From Eledone cirrhosa (taxonomy: Eukaryota): DNA of 64,000 nt. Each line of letters begins with the position of its first letter. The first letter of the stretch is position 1. The notes below the pieces were generated by a model that was not told where the DNA came from, ran no database searches, and worked only from the letters and a program-made list of their open reading frames with translations. The stretch is taken from contig OZ024741.1 in the NCBI GenBank assembly GCA_964016885.1, positions 40,982,001-41,046,000 of the forward strand, read 5' to 3'. Made by a program: the position numbers and the translations under genes. Below are positions 25,345 to 38,393 of this stretch, piece after piece.

Positions 25345-28300
25345 TATATTGCCTTTGTAACATTACTTTTATGATTCTTTCTTTCTTTCTAAATTGTTGG
25401 AATTTAAACATACTACGGAAGTAGTCTAATTTTAGAATGTCTGTGTTGGGATGAAACCAAAGAATTTGAACATAGCTTAGCTGATTCTGAGGCAATTATT
25501 CTTTGCATTATGTCAACATGATATTAGAAAACATCACAGGAAAAGCAGCACCAAATTTTGAATAAAATGCACACACACACACATACCTAACTACCTACCT
25601 GCATAGGCACTTATATATATTATGTGCTTATATATATATATATAGGGACTCCCATCACTAATGTATTCATTGAGACTCCTGTAAGAAATTGTTCTAATGC
25701 TATCTTCAATGATTTTAAATTTTTTTCTAATCTTGTAGATGACAATCCCAGATTTCCAAATTCCTGGTTGTTTGGATGATGTGAGAAATAATGGAAAGAT
25801 TTGATATAGACATGAAATAATGACAAACACATACACATACTTGAGTGTCTATCTGTCTGTTTATCTATCTAGTTATCTGTCTGTTTGCATACAAACAACT
25901 ATTTTGAAGAAGGAGCATGGCTCAGTCAAATTTAATGCTCTTTGGTTCTTATATCTATTAGAACACTTCTTAGAGCATCTATTAGAAATGATAATAAACA
26001 CATAACTGGCGCTCCGTCGGTTATGACGATGAGTGTTCCAGTTGTTCCGATAAACAGAACAGCCTGCTCAAAAAATTAATGTGCAAGTAGCTGAGGATTC
26101 CTCAGACGCGTGTAACCATAATGTAGTTCTCAGGGAGAGTTAGCATGATACAATGTGACAAGGCTGGCCCTTTGAATTAGAGCTACAACTCCAGCAAAGT
26201 GGACTGGAGCAACATGAAATAAAGTATCTTGCTCAAGGACACAGCTCACTACCAGCAATCAAACTCACAACCTTATGATTGAGAGCCAAATACCCTAACC
26301 ACAAAGCCATGGCTTTTCCAGTGCATCTCCCTTGCCGTCCTCCGGGGAAACTCCTTCTCCATTATGTCCACCGGGGCTGTGGGGAGGCCACCAATATGAT
26401 TGACTGACTTGTCATTTTATCAGTCAACTGTTGCTGTCATTAAAATCTGTCAGTCTTTCATTATAATTAGGGTCTGTTTCATTGTTAATTTCCAAAGCTC
26501 TTTCATCACACAACCTCTAACAAATCAGCTTCAATAATTATCAGTAATATTGCAGTGTTTAGTATTTATAAAATCCATTTGTTTCTTAAAAAAAACAAAA
26601 AACACAGCTATTATGTTCTGATCACACAGTTATTTTGAGAAAGGAATTTGTCTCATCTAAGTTCAATATTTTCTTAAGTATTTCAACATTTTTTTCTAAT
26701 CTCACTGACAACAATCCCAGATTTTCAAATTCCTGGTTGTTTAGATGATGTGATAAATAACAAAAAGATTTGATATAGACATGAAATACCATCATAATCA
26801 TCATCATCATCGTTTAACATCTATCTTCCACGCTAGCATGGGTTTTCTGTTGACTTTTCTATGCTGGCATGGGTTGGATGGTACTTTTTGAGGCAATGTT
26901 TTACAACCCGATGCATTTACTGATACCAACCCTTTTAGTCGTTTCATATGATAGACAGTGATACAGTGTCTCTTAGTCTAAACTAGATACACAGGGCATG
27001 ATGTATAATGATTTCTAATTTAGGAGCAAGGCCAGCCTTTTTTTTAGGGAAAGTCAATTAAATTGATTCTATCATATGACTGGTACTTTATTTCATTAAC
27101 ATCAGAAAAATGAAAGGCAAATTTGACTTTGGTGAGATTTGAATTCAGAACTTTAAAGAGCTGGAACAAATACTACAAAGCTTTTCTTCTGACAATCTAA
27201 TGATTATGTCAAACTATCACTCACTATAAACATGAACTAATAACATATACATACATGTATGCCCATCTATCTGTCTATCAAGTTATCAATACATGTATAC
27301 AGCTATTGTATTTTGGATAACACAACTATTTGGAGGAAAGAATATGGCTCACTCATATTCATTTCACTTCAACACACATGTATTAGAACAATGGTTAATG
27401 CAAGGAAAAGCAGACCATAGTAAAACATTGCCTAAAAGAGGACCCCATGATGACTAAGAAACCTCAGTTTTAGCATGGGAGATGGCCTTAAAACACTTGT
27501 ATTTATATCAAGCATATTGGCAATATTTATTGAAAAAACCCTGTGAGATTTTGAGCTGCTACTATTTTTAATGCAGAAATATTCATTTCATGAGCCAAGC
27601 TGTCAAGCATCACAAAACATTTGCATATTGCTTCTGAAAATACAGCTTCATTTACCTTGGAATATTCAGTCGAGAGAAAGTTTTGATTGAAACATTAATT
27701 AGCAAATAATTGAATCAGACATTAAGGCCATTTCAAAATTTTTCAAGTCAGAATTTAACCTGTTGCGAGTCAAGAAATATTATGCATATAGCCACAGGGA
27801 CGCAACACAATAATAGTTATAATATGATGGCAAGAACGAGAGCTTTAATTACTAATGATGTATTCAACATGCTAAGCCCTTAAGAGAATTAACCTTACGC
27901 ATAACAGTTACAGCTGTTAAAATGTTAAGAATTCATCTATCCAACACACAATGATTAAAGTGAATCTTTTGACCAAACTTATTTATCAAGTAGTGAAGCA
28001 AGTCCCAGAGATTTCTCCACCAGCCACCAGAAATCCAGTGAAGCCATGTGACCTAGTGGTTAGCATGTTTGACTTATGATCATGAGATCATGAATTTGAT
28101 TTGTGAGCCAGGTGTGCTGTGTCCTTGAGCAAGGCACTTCATTTTATGTTACTGCAGTCCATTTAGCTGAAAAGAGATAAGTACCAGCAGCAGCTGGGGA
28201 TTGACTCTGCAATAGACTGGAGTCACATCCAAGGGAATCCAAGAATCATGTACTCTCAGCTGTTTAATATTAAGGAAACCAGCATAAAATCCAACTGGAT

Positions 28301-28689
28301 AAGACTCTGGGCCTGAGAGAGAGGCTTCAAGCATAACAGGATAAATTTGGATCCTGTTCCATGAAGTAAGCTGACTTGACACAATGTTTAATAAGTATTG
28401 TATTTGAAAATACAAGAAAATACTTGTAATAGATTTGATCCTATGAGACATGAATGACTTCCTATACACTATTTATACATATTTAACTTCTACAAGATTT
28501 AGATACACATCACCAGTTCTCAACTTGGAGGTTTAAGGAACCCTGGTAAGTCTCTGAGCTAAGTTTGAAAATCCAAGTAGTTAAAACATATGTACACACC
28601 ATTGAGTATCCATTCTTCTCTAAATATAAACATTTCCGTCTCTTGACTTTTATTTTCACCCTTCTAGAAGAAGAGCCTGGGCCCAAATG

Positions 28690-29080
28690 TTGCTTGGGTG
28701 ACTGCTTCTATGAGCACCAACATTGTGTGTGTCATAAGACACAAGTAATGTCAAAACACATAGAGACAGGATATTCCTTAATCTTTCAAAACCATAGCAC
28801 CCAATAGGGGACATCTGTTGGTGTTAACGGTATTCTAGGTATAAATACAATGTCTCCCATACCACATCCAGTGTGTCCCATTGCACAATCTTGGCTGATC
28901 CAGGTTTCTGAGAAGCTTGATGATCATGCCCTTCTTTAATTCAAAGTTGTGTGTCAACATAATGGATATTCCAGACTTTTGAGAAGTTCAAGGGGATAAT
29001 GAATAACTACATCCTAGTTGATAACTTTATTGAAAGATTTATAGGTCTGGCTACCTCCAGCGATCATTTGTGAGAGATTT
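28690..29080 (-). pseudogene. Helitron PIF1-type helicase C-terminal remnant
   Basis: Manual translation: HYPLELLKSL..HNFELKKGMIIKLLRNLDQPRLCNGT..GDIVFIPRIPLTPTDVP..EYPVSMCF; frameshifted. Confidence 0.75.
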
Positions 29081-29219
29081 TTGTTGATGGCATTCACTGT
29101 GATGTTTTGGTAGGTAAGAATTGCTCTTTCACACAGCTACCCCTCGTTGGAAAGGTTGATTTCGAAATTGGGGAACACTTGATTAATTAAGCTATCAACA
29201 CGTTTCACAACAGTACAAA

Positions 29220-29606
29220 ATAATTGTTTCTACTTTTGGCACAAGGCCAGGAATTATCCCAGTGCATTACTGGTACTTTATTTCATTGACCCCGTAAGGA
29301 TGAAAGGCAAAGTTAACCTCGGCAGGATTTGAACTCAGACCATAAAGGGCCGTAACTCTTTGCTGCAAAGCATGGCATCCGACTCTCTACCAATATACTG
29401 CCAAACCACCAGCAGTACAAAATAATTGTTTCTACTTTAGGCACAAGGCCAGCAATTACCCAGTGCATTACTGGTACTTTATTTTATCGACCCCGTAAGG
29501 ATGAAAGGCAAAGTCAACCTCGGCGGGATTTGAACTTAGATCGTAAAGGGACGTAACTATGCTGGGAAGCATGGCGTCCGACCCTCTACCGATACTGCCA
29601 ATCCAC
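29220..29606 (-). mobile_element. Two tandem SINE family B copies
   Basis: 29220-29410 and 29420-29606, each preceded by cagtacaaaataattg. Confidence 0.85.
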
Positions 29607-29747
29607 AAAATAATGAAGGATCAAAACATCTTTCAGTATCAAGGGATATTTTACCTTCACCAAGTTTCAGAAGCTCTCAAGCAAACTCTGCAAAAATGTT
29701 GTCACTATGAGATTGTGCCTGTATATTGGGTCTTATATATATATATA

Positions 29748-30119
29748 TATTATGCAAAATATGAACAAATGAAAGATATTCACATAATCAAAATATATGA
29801 TTTGATATATGACATACCGCTACGGTCTTGATTATTCAATTCCAGTATTGCCAATACTGGAATTGTATAATCAAGACCGTAGCGGTATGTCATATATCAA
29901 ATCATATATTTTATCTGATGAAGACGTACTGAAAAAAAACAACACACTACCTTTGAAATGTATATAATAAAGCATATATTTTGATTATGTGAATATCTTT
30001 CATTTGTTAATATTTTGAATAATATTAAAAACTCCAGGAAATTTTTTTTGTTGAGTGCTTTTAATCTATTGTAAAATTGTATTCATTGAGTAATCAACGA
30101 ACCATATTAATCTTTGGTT
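29748..30119 (+). mobile_element. PLE-derived palindromic insertion with hammerhead (29905-29976)
   Basis: ~100 bp arms meet at 29851; right arm has CUGAUGA 29915-21, GAAA 29955-58, AUA triplet; same ribozyme family as 22534. Confidence 0.8.
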
Positions 30120-30137
30120 ATATATATATATATATAT

Positions 30138-30385
30138 AGTAGTAATAGTTTGGTAGCAACTCAAGTCCATAGGGTGAATATAAATATAATTATTAAGGCC
30201 AGTTACTACAACGGCGCCATACCAGGTACATGTTTCGTTAGTTTGGATTACCAACTTCTTCAACCTGTGCCTATGAAAATGAACCCGAAAATGTTTACTC
30301 AATCATTTTCTTCAGCACAAGTTGGTCTTCCAAACGTACATCTCTGGTATGGCACTGTTGTAATAACTGGCTTTAATAATTATAT
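30138..30385 (-). mobile_element. PLE-derived fold-back insertion with variant hammerhead (30223-30267)
   Basis: Arms 30184-30225 / 30344-30385; minus strand CAGG-UUGAAGA(A)-GUUGG..CUAAC-GAAA-CAUG-UA-CCUG. Confidence 0.65.
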
Positions 30386-30400
30386 ATATATATATATAAT

Positions 30401-30731
30401 GGAGGCACATGGCTTAGTGGTTAGAGCATTGGCCTTGCAATCGAAAGGTTGTGAGTTCAATTCTCAGACCGGGTGATGTGTTGTTTCCTTGAGCAAGAAA
30501 CTTTATTTCACAATGCTCCAGTTTACTAAGCTATAGAAATGAGATGATACTGACTGGGGTCCATATCATTCCACTGCAAAGTGGTCGTGGAGGTGCCACG
30601 GCAAAAAAGCACCCAGCACTCACTGTAAATGAGGTTGGTGTTAGGAAGGGCATCCAGCTGTAGAAATCAAGCCAGAATCAGTTGCCGTCCCACCCTTGCA
30701 AGCAGGGAAAAAGCGGACGTAAAATGAAATG
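30401..30731 (+). mobile_element. SINE family A
   Basis: Near-identical to 6090-6433. Confidence 0.9.
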
Positions 30732-31400
30732 AATATATATAGTCCCTCCTCATAGCAGTGCCATCCAGTTCCACACTGTAATTGTGGGTGCAGGTCCCAA
30801 AGTTTCCACTGTGAGAAGGCTTCAGCACGGCCAGCTGGCCTGTCCCTCCTCATAATGGTGCCATTCAGTCCCACACTGTAAATGGCCAGACTTTTCTCTC
30901 AATGTAGACAACCTGTCTGACCCAAGCAAGCATGGAAAAATGGACATAAAATGGTGATGATGATGATGATGATGATAGACATATAAATACATCTCTATAA
31001 GAAATATATCTATTTATATAAATATAAAGTAGTCATGTAGGTGTCATGACAAGAAGTGCCCACTGTAAAGTCCACACTGTAAAGTGATCACAAAGCTGTC
31101 ACAACAAAAAAGCACCCAGTCCACACTGTACAGTGGTCATGTAGGTGTCAATACACAAAGCACCTGGTCCACACTGTAAAAGAGGTTCGCGTTAGGAAGG
31201 GCATCCAGTTGTAGAAACCAAGCCAAAACCAGTTCTGTATGAGCAAGACAGGGTCACCTGACCTAGGCATTGCCCAAAACAAGATAACTCGTCTAACCCA
31301 TGCTAGCGTCGAAAAATGGACATAAAATGGTGATAATCATGATGATGATCATGATGACAAACACACACACATACATATATGTGAGTGTTTATATATGTAT

Positions 31401-32603
31401 AAAATAAACTGGTGTGAGTGGAGAGGGTATATGTTTAAAATAAACTAGTGTGAGGGGGGTATGTGTTTAAAATAAACTAATGTGAGGGGGGTTTATGTTT
31501 AAAATAAACTGGTGAGAGGGGGGTATGTGTTTAAAATAAACTAATGTGAGAGGGGTTTATGTTTAAAATAAACTGGTGTGAGGGGGGTATGTGTTTAAAA
31601 TAAACTAATGTGAGAGGGGGTTTATGTTTAAAATAAACTGGTGTGAGGGGGGTATGTGTTTAAAATAAACTAATGTGAGGGGGATTTATGTTTAAAATAA
31701 ACTAGTGTGAGGGGGTATGTGTTTAAAATAAACTAATGTGAGAGGGGGTTTATGTTTAAAATAAACTGGTGTGAGGGGGGTATGTGTTTAAAATAAACTA
31801 ATGTGAGGGGGGTTTATGTTTAAAATAAACTAGTGTGAGGGGGGTTTATGTTTAAAATAAACTAGTGTGAGGGGGCTATGTGTTTAAAATAAACTAACAC
31901 GATATTTAGGTTTATGTTTAAAATAAACTGGTGTGAGGGGGGTTTATGTTTAAAATAAGCTGGTGTGAGAGGGGTATGTGTTTAAAATAAACTAATGTGA
32001 GAGAGGGTTTATGTTTAAAATAAACTGGTGTGAGGGGGGTATGTGTTTAAAATAAACTAATGTGAGAGGAGGTTTATGTTTAAAATAAACTGGTGTGAGG
32101 GGGTATGTGTTTAAAATAAACTAATGTGAGAGGGGTTTATGTTTAAAATAAACTGGTGTGAGGGTGGTATGTGTTTAAAATAAACTAATGTGAGAGGGGG
32201 TTTATGTTTAAAATAAACTGGTGTGAGGGGGGTATGTGTTTAAAATAAACTAACGCGAGGAGGGTTTATGTTTAAAATAAACTAGTGTGAGGGGGGTTTA
32301 TGTTTAAAATAAACTGGTGTGAGGGGGGTATGTGTTTAAAATAAACTAATGTGAGAGGGGATTTATGTTTAAAAGAAACTGGTGTGAGGGTGGTATGTGT
32401 TTAAAATAAACTAATATGAGAGGGGGTTTATGTTTAAAATAAACTGGTGTGAGGGGGGTATGTGTTTAAAATAAACTAATGTGAGAGGGGGTTTATGTTT
32501 AAAATAAACTGGTGTGAGGGGGTATGTGTTTAAAATAAATTAATGTGAGGGGGTTTATGTTTAAAATAAACTGGTTTGAGGACGGAGGGTATATGTTTAA
32601 AAG
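31401..32603. repeat. Minisatellite, ~30-31 bp monomers mostly alternating as ~61 bp dimers
   Basis: tttaaaataaactggtgtgagggggg-tatgtg alternates with tttaaaataaactaatgtgagaggggg-tttatg; ~39 monomers. Confidence 0.95.
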
Positions 32604-33382
32604 CAATCCCATAGTATACCAAGAAACCAACCAATCAGAAGATATTGAAAAGAAATAGGAAAGATAATCTTCTCCAATGTCACATGATTCATTTCTATCT
32701 TTCGCATTCCCCAGCAGACCCACTAATGTTTGCTTGAGCTACATTAACTAGTCACAATTAATTATAATTATATCATCTCAAGAAATTATTAATTAATAAT
32801 TAGTTTTGCCTTCATACACTCCAGCCAAGCAAGCAGGCACATATTGTATTTGTTGTAACTGAATCGTATAGACTTATTTTACAAATGAACTCGAAAAGCT
32901 CATTTCACATTCAATATCACGATATTTAGGTATTTGTGTGTGTGTTTTTTTCTAAGTGTGTGTGTTTTTCTCAGTGTATGTGTGTATATGTATGTTTCTG
33001 TCAGTGTGTCTGTGTACATCATGTGTTTGTGTGTGTGTGTGCGTATATATGTATGTATGTGTGTATGTGTGTATGTATGTGTTTCTTTGTGTGTATGTGT
33101 ACATCATGTGTATGTGTGTGTGTGTGTATGTATGTAGGTGTTTCTCTGTGTATGTGTGTGTATGTATGTGTGTATATGTATTTCTGTCAGTGTGTCTGCA
33201 TTTGTGTTAATGTTTGTGTGTGTGTGCCTGTGTGTCTGTGTGCAGTGTGTATTTATGTGTGTGTGTGTGTCTGTGTATATTTGCATCCTGTGTATGTGTG
33301 CATCCTGTGTATCTCTGTGTGTGTGTATGCATCCTGTGTATGTGTGCATCCTGTGTATCTCTGTGTGTGTATATGTGCATTA

Positions 33383-33570
33383 TGTGGATTGGCAGTATCA
33401 GTAAAGGGTCGGAGGCCATGCTTTGACGTAAAGAGTTACGGCCCTTTATGGTCTGAGTTCAAATCCCGCCGAGGTTAACTTTGCCTTTCATCCTTACGGG
33501 GTCGATAAAATAAAGTACCAGTAATGCACTGGGTATTTGCTGGCCTTGTGCCAAAAGTAGAAACAATTAT
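33383..33570 (+). mobile_element. SINE family B within a TG-rich tract
   Basis: Near-consensus copy. Confidence 0.88.
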
Positions 33571-34120
33571 GTGTATTTGTGCATGCGCCTGTGTATGTGT
33601 GCATCCTGAGTGTGTGTGTGTGTGTGTGTGCATGTGCCTGTGTGTGTGTGTGTGTGTGTGTGTGTTTCTGTGTGTGTGTGTGTGTGTTTCTGTACCTTCC
33701 CTCACACACATACACCAACACACACAAACAGATGAAATGAAGCACTGCTGTATATTGTAACACAATGGAACTAAGGCAGTACAACTTCCGTAGTTGCACA
33801 ACTGAACATTCCTAGACATCCACCAACACATTTTTAATCTCTACGTCTCCCCCCCCCCCCCTTTCTCTCTCTCTCTCTCACACACACACTCTCTCTCTCT
33901 CTCTCGCTCTCTCTCTCTCTCACACACACACTCTCTTTCTCTCTATCTCACACACACACATTCTTTCTCTCACACACAACCTCTCTTTCTCTCTTCCACA
34001 CACACTCTTTCTCTCTCTCTCACACACACACACCCTCTCTTTCTCTCTTCCACACCCTCTCTTTCTCTCACACACACACACACATTCTCTCTCTCACACA
34101 CACTCTCTCTTCCACACCCT

Positions 34121-34592
34121 CTCTTTCTCTCTGTCTCTCACACACCCTCTCTCTGTCTTTCACACACCCTCTCTCTGTCTCTCACACACCCTCTCTCTGT
34201 CTTTCACACACCCTCTCTCTGTCTCTCACACACCCCCTCCCTGTCTCTCACACACCCTCTCTCTGTCTTTCACACACCCTCTCTGTCTCTCACACACCCT
34301 CTCTCTGTCTCTCACACACCCTCTCTCCGTCTCTCACACACCCCCTCTGTCTCTCACACACCCTCTCTCTGTCTTTCACACACCCTCTCTCTGTCTCTCA
34401 CACACCTCCTCTCTGTCTCTCACACACCCTCTCTGTCTCTCACACACCCTCTGTCTCTCACATACCCCCTCTCTGTCTCTCACATACCCCCTCTCTATCT
34501 CTCACACACCCTCTCTCTGTCTCTCACGCACCCTATCTCTGTCTCTCACCCCCCCCTCTCTGTCTCTCACACAGCCTCTCTCTGTCTCTCAC
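34121..34592. repeat. ~22 bp CT/CA minisatellite
   Basis: Repeats of ctctctctgtctctcacacacc. Confidence 0.9.
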
Positions 34593-35087
34593 ATACACAC
34601 ATATTAATCATGACTAGAAAGGAGAAAACAATATTGTTAATGATTGGCAGAGTGGATAGAGTGTCACACTAAATACCTTGTGGTATTTGCTGTGAGTTCA
34701 AATCCTGCTGAGATCAACATACCCTTTCAATTCAGGTTCAGGGCCAATCAATAGAGTACCTGTCCAAGGCACACCCGGTTCTGAGTTTGAATATTTCATT
34801 TGCTTTGATCAACTTTGGCTTTCATTCTTTCAGAGCAAGGTAGAGGAAGGGGGGGGGGGGGTAAATAAATGAAGAACCAATCCAGGTGGGGGTGGGGGAA
34901 TTATTAGAATGTTGAACACGAAGCATTGTAGCATCTCTTTCGGCTCCTTGTGTTCTGAGTCCGCCAACAGCAACACTGATACTGAGCTGCATCAGCCCTT
35001 GCCTTTATCTTGAAAAACATACTCTTGGGTCTTGAATAATAAACTTTTGGCATTTTGAACTGATTAAAGTTTTTGCTTATTTTTTAA

Positions 35088-35295
35088 CCCTGTACCATTT
35101 ACATTACTCTTTATATACTATTGTATTTTCACGGTAAACACTTTACCTCACATAATATCGAATCTATGAGATTTTGATATAATTTATTTTGAGAATAATA
35201 CCTTAACATCAGTATGAGTGGCCAGTTACAGCCGGTTCGAACAGAAAGAGGTGAGAGAATTCTGGCTGAATACAGCCAGTTTAAGTGGTAAAGGA
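35088..35295 (+). mobile_element. piggyBac-like MITE
   Basis: TTAA flanks; body matches 43177-43379. Confidence 0.8.
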
Positions 35296-35980
35296 TTAAA
35301 TTTCTCGATTACATGTATTTTATTGAATTTATTTTTTAATTTATTTTTTTATTGATACTTTGATGTATATTCCCAGCATCTGTTTTTTTGTGAAACAGTA
35401 CAAGCATACTCAATTTTCAGTTGTGATTGAAATCAATGTCAAATGAAATTAGAGCATTAGAAACAGACATATTGGCAGCTCTTCTCGCAGTTATCAGTTT
35501 TGACTGCTCCAGGAAGTAGGTAACATGACATTATTTTAATAATCATATAAAGATTATGTTTTAAGAAGTTTAACACACCTGTTTTTTTTCTTCTTCTTCC
35601 TCCCCTTCATTTATTCATCCCACCATTGTCCTCTTACATTATATATTTCAAATCCTGCCGAGGTTAACTTTGCCTTTTATCCTTACGGGGGTTGATAAAA
35701 TAAAGTACCAGTAATGCACTGGGTAATTGCTGGCCTTGTGCCAACAGTAGAAACAATTATATCTTTAAAATATGTTTACAATCAAAATACTTAATAGGGC
35801 AGAGAGTATGTGATTCATCATATCCTTGCATATTGTAAGAGGCAGCTAAATGGTTTGACAACAGAAAGGGTATCCTGGATCTGTCATGGGACCCATGAAG
35901 CTAACATATGGCCTTAACATATATTTTGAAATAACTGGCATCAAAACTAATTTCAGTAATTATAACAGGTAACATTTTAC

Positions 35981-36030
<50 letters not shown>

Positions 36031-36450
36031 ATTTTAGTATATATATGTATATATATTATTTTAGTAAAGTGCATCAAGCTCAATGCATTAAATGGGTTGA
36101 CAGTATGCAGGAATCCAACTCAAATGTATAGTCCAAAGTAGATGAAGACAGTGAAAGCCACAGAGCATCAATAATTAATAGAAAATCGAAACCAATGTTG
36201 TTATTCAAATTCTATCTTTAATATCTACAATTGCTTCTATGGAGATAAATGCAGTGCCAGTACATAGAATTAATCAATTAATCAGTCAAATAATTAATGA
36301 TAAATAATTTAAATGGCACTGAAACAAAAAGCTCCATTGTAGAAATTAAAGATGGAACTTGAATAAAATCCTTGGTTTTCATTTTGCATTATATATATAA
36401 CCTACGCTAGCATGGAAAATGGATGTTAAAAGATGCTGATGGGATATATA

Positions 36451-36786
36451 TCATCATTCCATTTTATGTCCGCTTTTTCCCTGCTTGCAAGGGTGGGACA
36501 GGAACTGATTCTGGCTTGATTTCTACAGCTGGATGCCCTTCCTAACACCAACCTCATTTACAGTGAGTGCTGGGTGCTTTTTTGCCGTGGCACCCCCACG
36601 ACCACTTTGCAGTGGAATGATATGGACCCCAGTCCCTATCATCTCATTTCTACAGCTGAGTAAACTGGAGCAATGTGAAATAAAGTGTCTTGCTCAAGGA
36701 AACAACACATCACCCAGTCTGAGAATTGAACTCACAACCTTTCGATTGCAAGGCCAATGCTCTAACCACTAAGCCATCTGCCTCCA
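36451..36786 (-). mobile_element. SINE family A
   Basis: Reverse complement of 6090-6433. Confidence 0.9.
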
Positions 36787-36799
36787 TATATATACCAAT

Positions 36800-37170
36800 A
36801 AATTTTGGTGTGCACCCTATGTTCCCTAATATTATTTCAGTGCACCTCTGTTCACTGTATCAAAGGCCTTTGTCAGATCAACAAAAACCTGACACAGAGG
36901 AACCCACTGCTCAATACATTTCTCCTAATCTGCCTCGCAGAGAAGATCACATCAATCATCCCTCTGTCAGACCTAAAGCCACTTTGTGATTCAGGGGTTA
37001 CTGTAGGACAAATGTCCTGCGTCAACTTGTTCAACAATAATCTAGCAAGAACTTTGCCCAGAAAGTGCTAGGTGAGACAACATGTGTGGTGTGCAAAAAG
37101 GTTTGCAAATCAATTTCTGGTCATAAAAGGTATATGAGAGTACACAAGGATGACATCCCACAAACAGACC
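36800..37170 (-). pseudogene. RT fragment of a BovB-like RTE LINE
   Basis: Minus translation LGKVLARLLLN..ESQSGFRSDRGMIDVIFSARQI..VFVDLTKAFDTVNRGAL. Confidence 0.75.
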
Positions 37171-37879
37171 CAATCAATCCAGTAGAGGGCACATCTTTTG
37201 TCTGTCATATTTGTTGAAGCAATCACCATATATATATATATATATACATATATGATATCAGGAAAATCTAGGCAACATTTGTTGAAGTTCAAAGAAATAT
37301 TTTGAACAAATGTTGCCTAGCTTTTCCCATTTTAGTCCTGTAGGAGCCATTTCTATATTAAACATTATATATATATATATAAACGATCGATTTTCGTCAA
37401 ATCAGACCGAGGAAACAATGTTTCCATTGGTTTTTTCAGTTGCTAGTACTATCTATCGGTTGCAACTTCAAGTAGAAGGAGCAATGTGAAATAAAGTGTC
37501 TTGCTCAAGGACATAACGCATCACCCGGTCCAGGAATCAAACTCACAACCTCAAGATTGTGAATCCAATTCTCTAACCACTCAGCCACACGCCTTCAAAC
37601 ATATATATATACTGTTATACTTTGGGAGGGGCATGTTGCCAGTAAAAATTCATGTATGACCCTTCAGAAGTATAACAATATTTGTGTCAACACACATTTT
37701 CAAATAAAAAAACTTGCAAAACAAATACATTTATATACATACAATGGACTTCCTTACAGTTTCTATCTACCAAATTCCTTCAGGCTGAGGTTTAAGTAGA
37801 AAAGAGATAAAATGCTGTGCATAGGAACCTAACTGAAAATCTGTTTGTTGCAATGTGAGTTTCTCAATAACACAACCAT

Positions 37880-38130
37880 CTATTATTAACTGTCTCCCCA
37901 CCCCACCTCCCTCTCTCTAAATGGCTGACTGAATAAGCATCTGTGTTTTTTTACGTTCCTTCCTCTTCTGATTCTTTATCTTTCTATTTCATCTTTTGTT
38001 TCTCATTCTATCTTCCAATGAAGGACTAGTGTCTGAAACGTTAAAACGCATTTCCTATTATTCCAAGCGTTAAACTAATATATTTCTTTATTGCACTGTG
38101 CCATTTGCTTTGCTATTTCTGTTTACATTT
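37880..38130 (+). mobile_element. Old PLE-like pLTR with decayed minimal hammerhead; second copy ~40290-40495
   Basis: 38011-38046 and 40373-40409 together give consensus UCUU-CUGAUGA-AGGAC-UAGU-GUCC-GAAA-CG-UU-AAGA; each copy has core mutations. Confidence 0.55.
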
Positions 38131-38247
38131 TACACACACACATATATATATATATATAATGTGGGCATAAAATAATGATATCGATGATATATGTACATAT
38201 AAGTGTGTACACACATACACACACACATATATATATATTTATATATA

Positions 38248-38393
38248 ACGAAGGAAATGTGGTAAGGAACCAGGTGGACCATAACACACCAAAGTACTCA
38301 ATACTTAGGGTAGTAGAGTGGGTAATAGGAACGTCCAGAATTAGCCGTCGAAACAGCTTGAGCTCAGCCGTCGGGGTCCTACTTGTTCCTATA
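38248..38393 (-). mobile_element. Short PLE-type tail insertion with 8 bp inverted arm
   Basis: Minus-strand hairpin ACUC-UACU..AGUA-UU-GAGU (38296-38319); ataggaac/gttcctat inverted pair; TA flanks. Confidence 0.55.

Noticed and set aside
31401-32603. CRISPR-like periodicity (also 54025-54646)
   Set aside because: No unique spacers, no cas genes, eukaryotic context.
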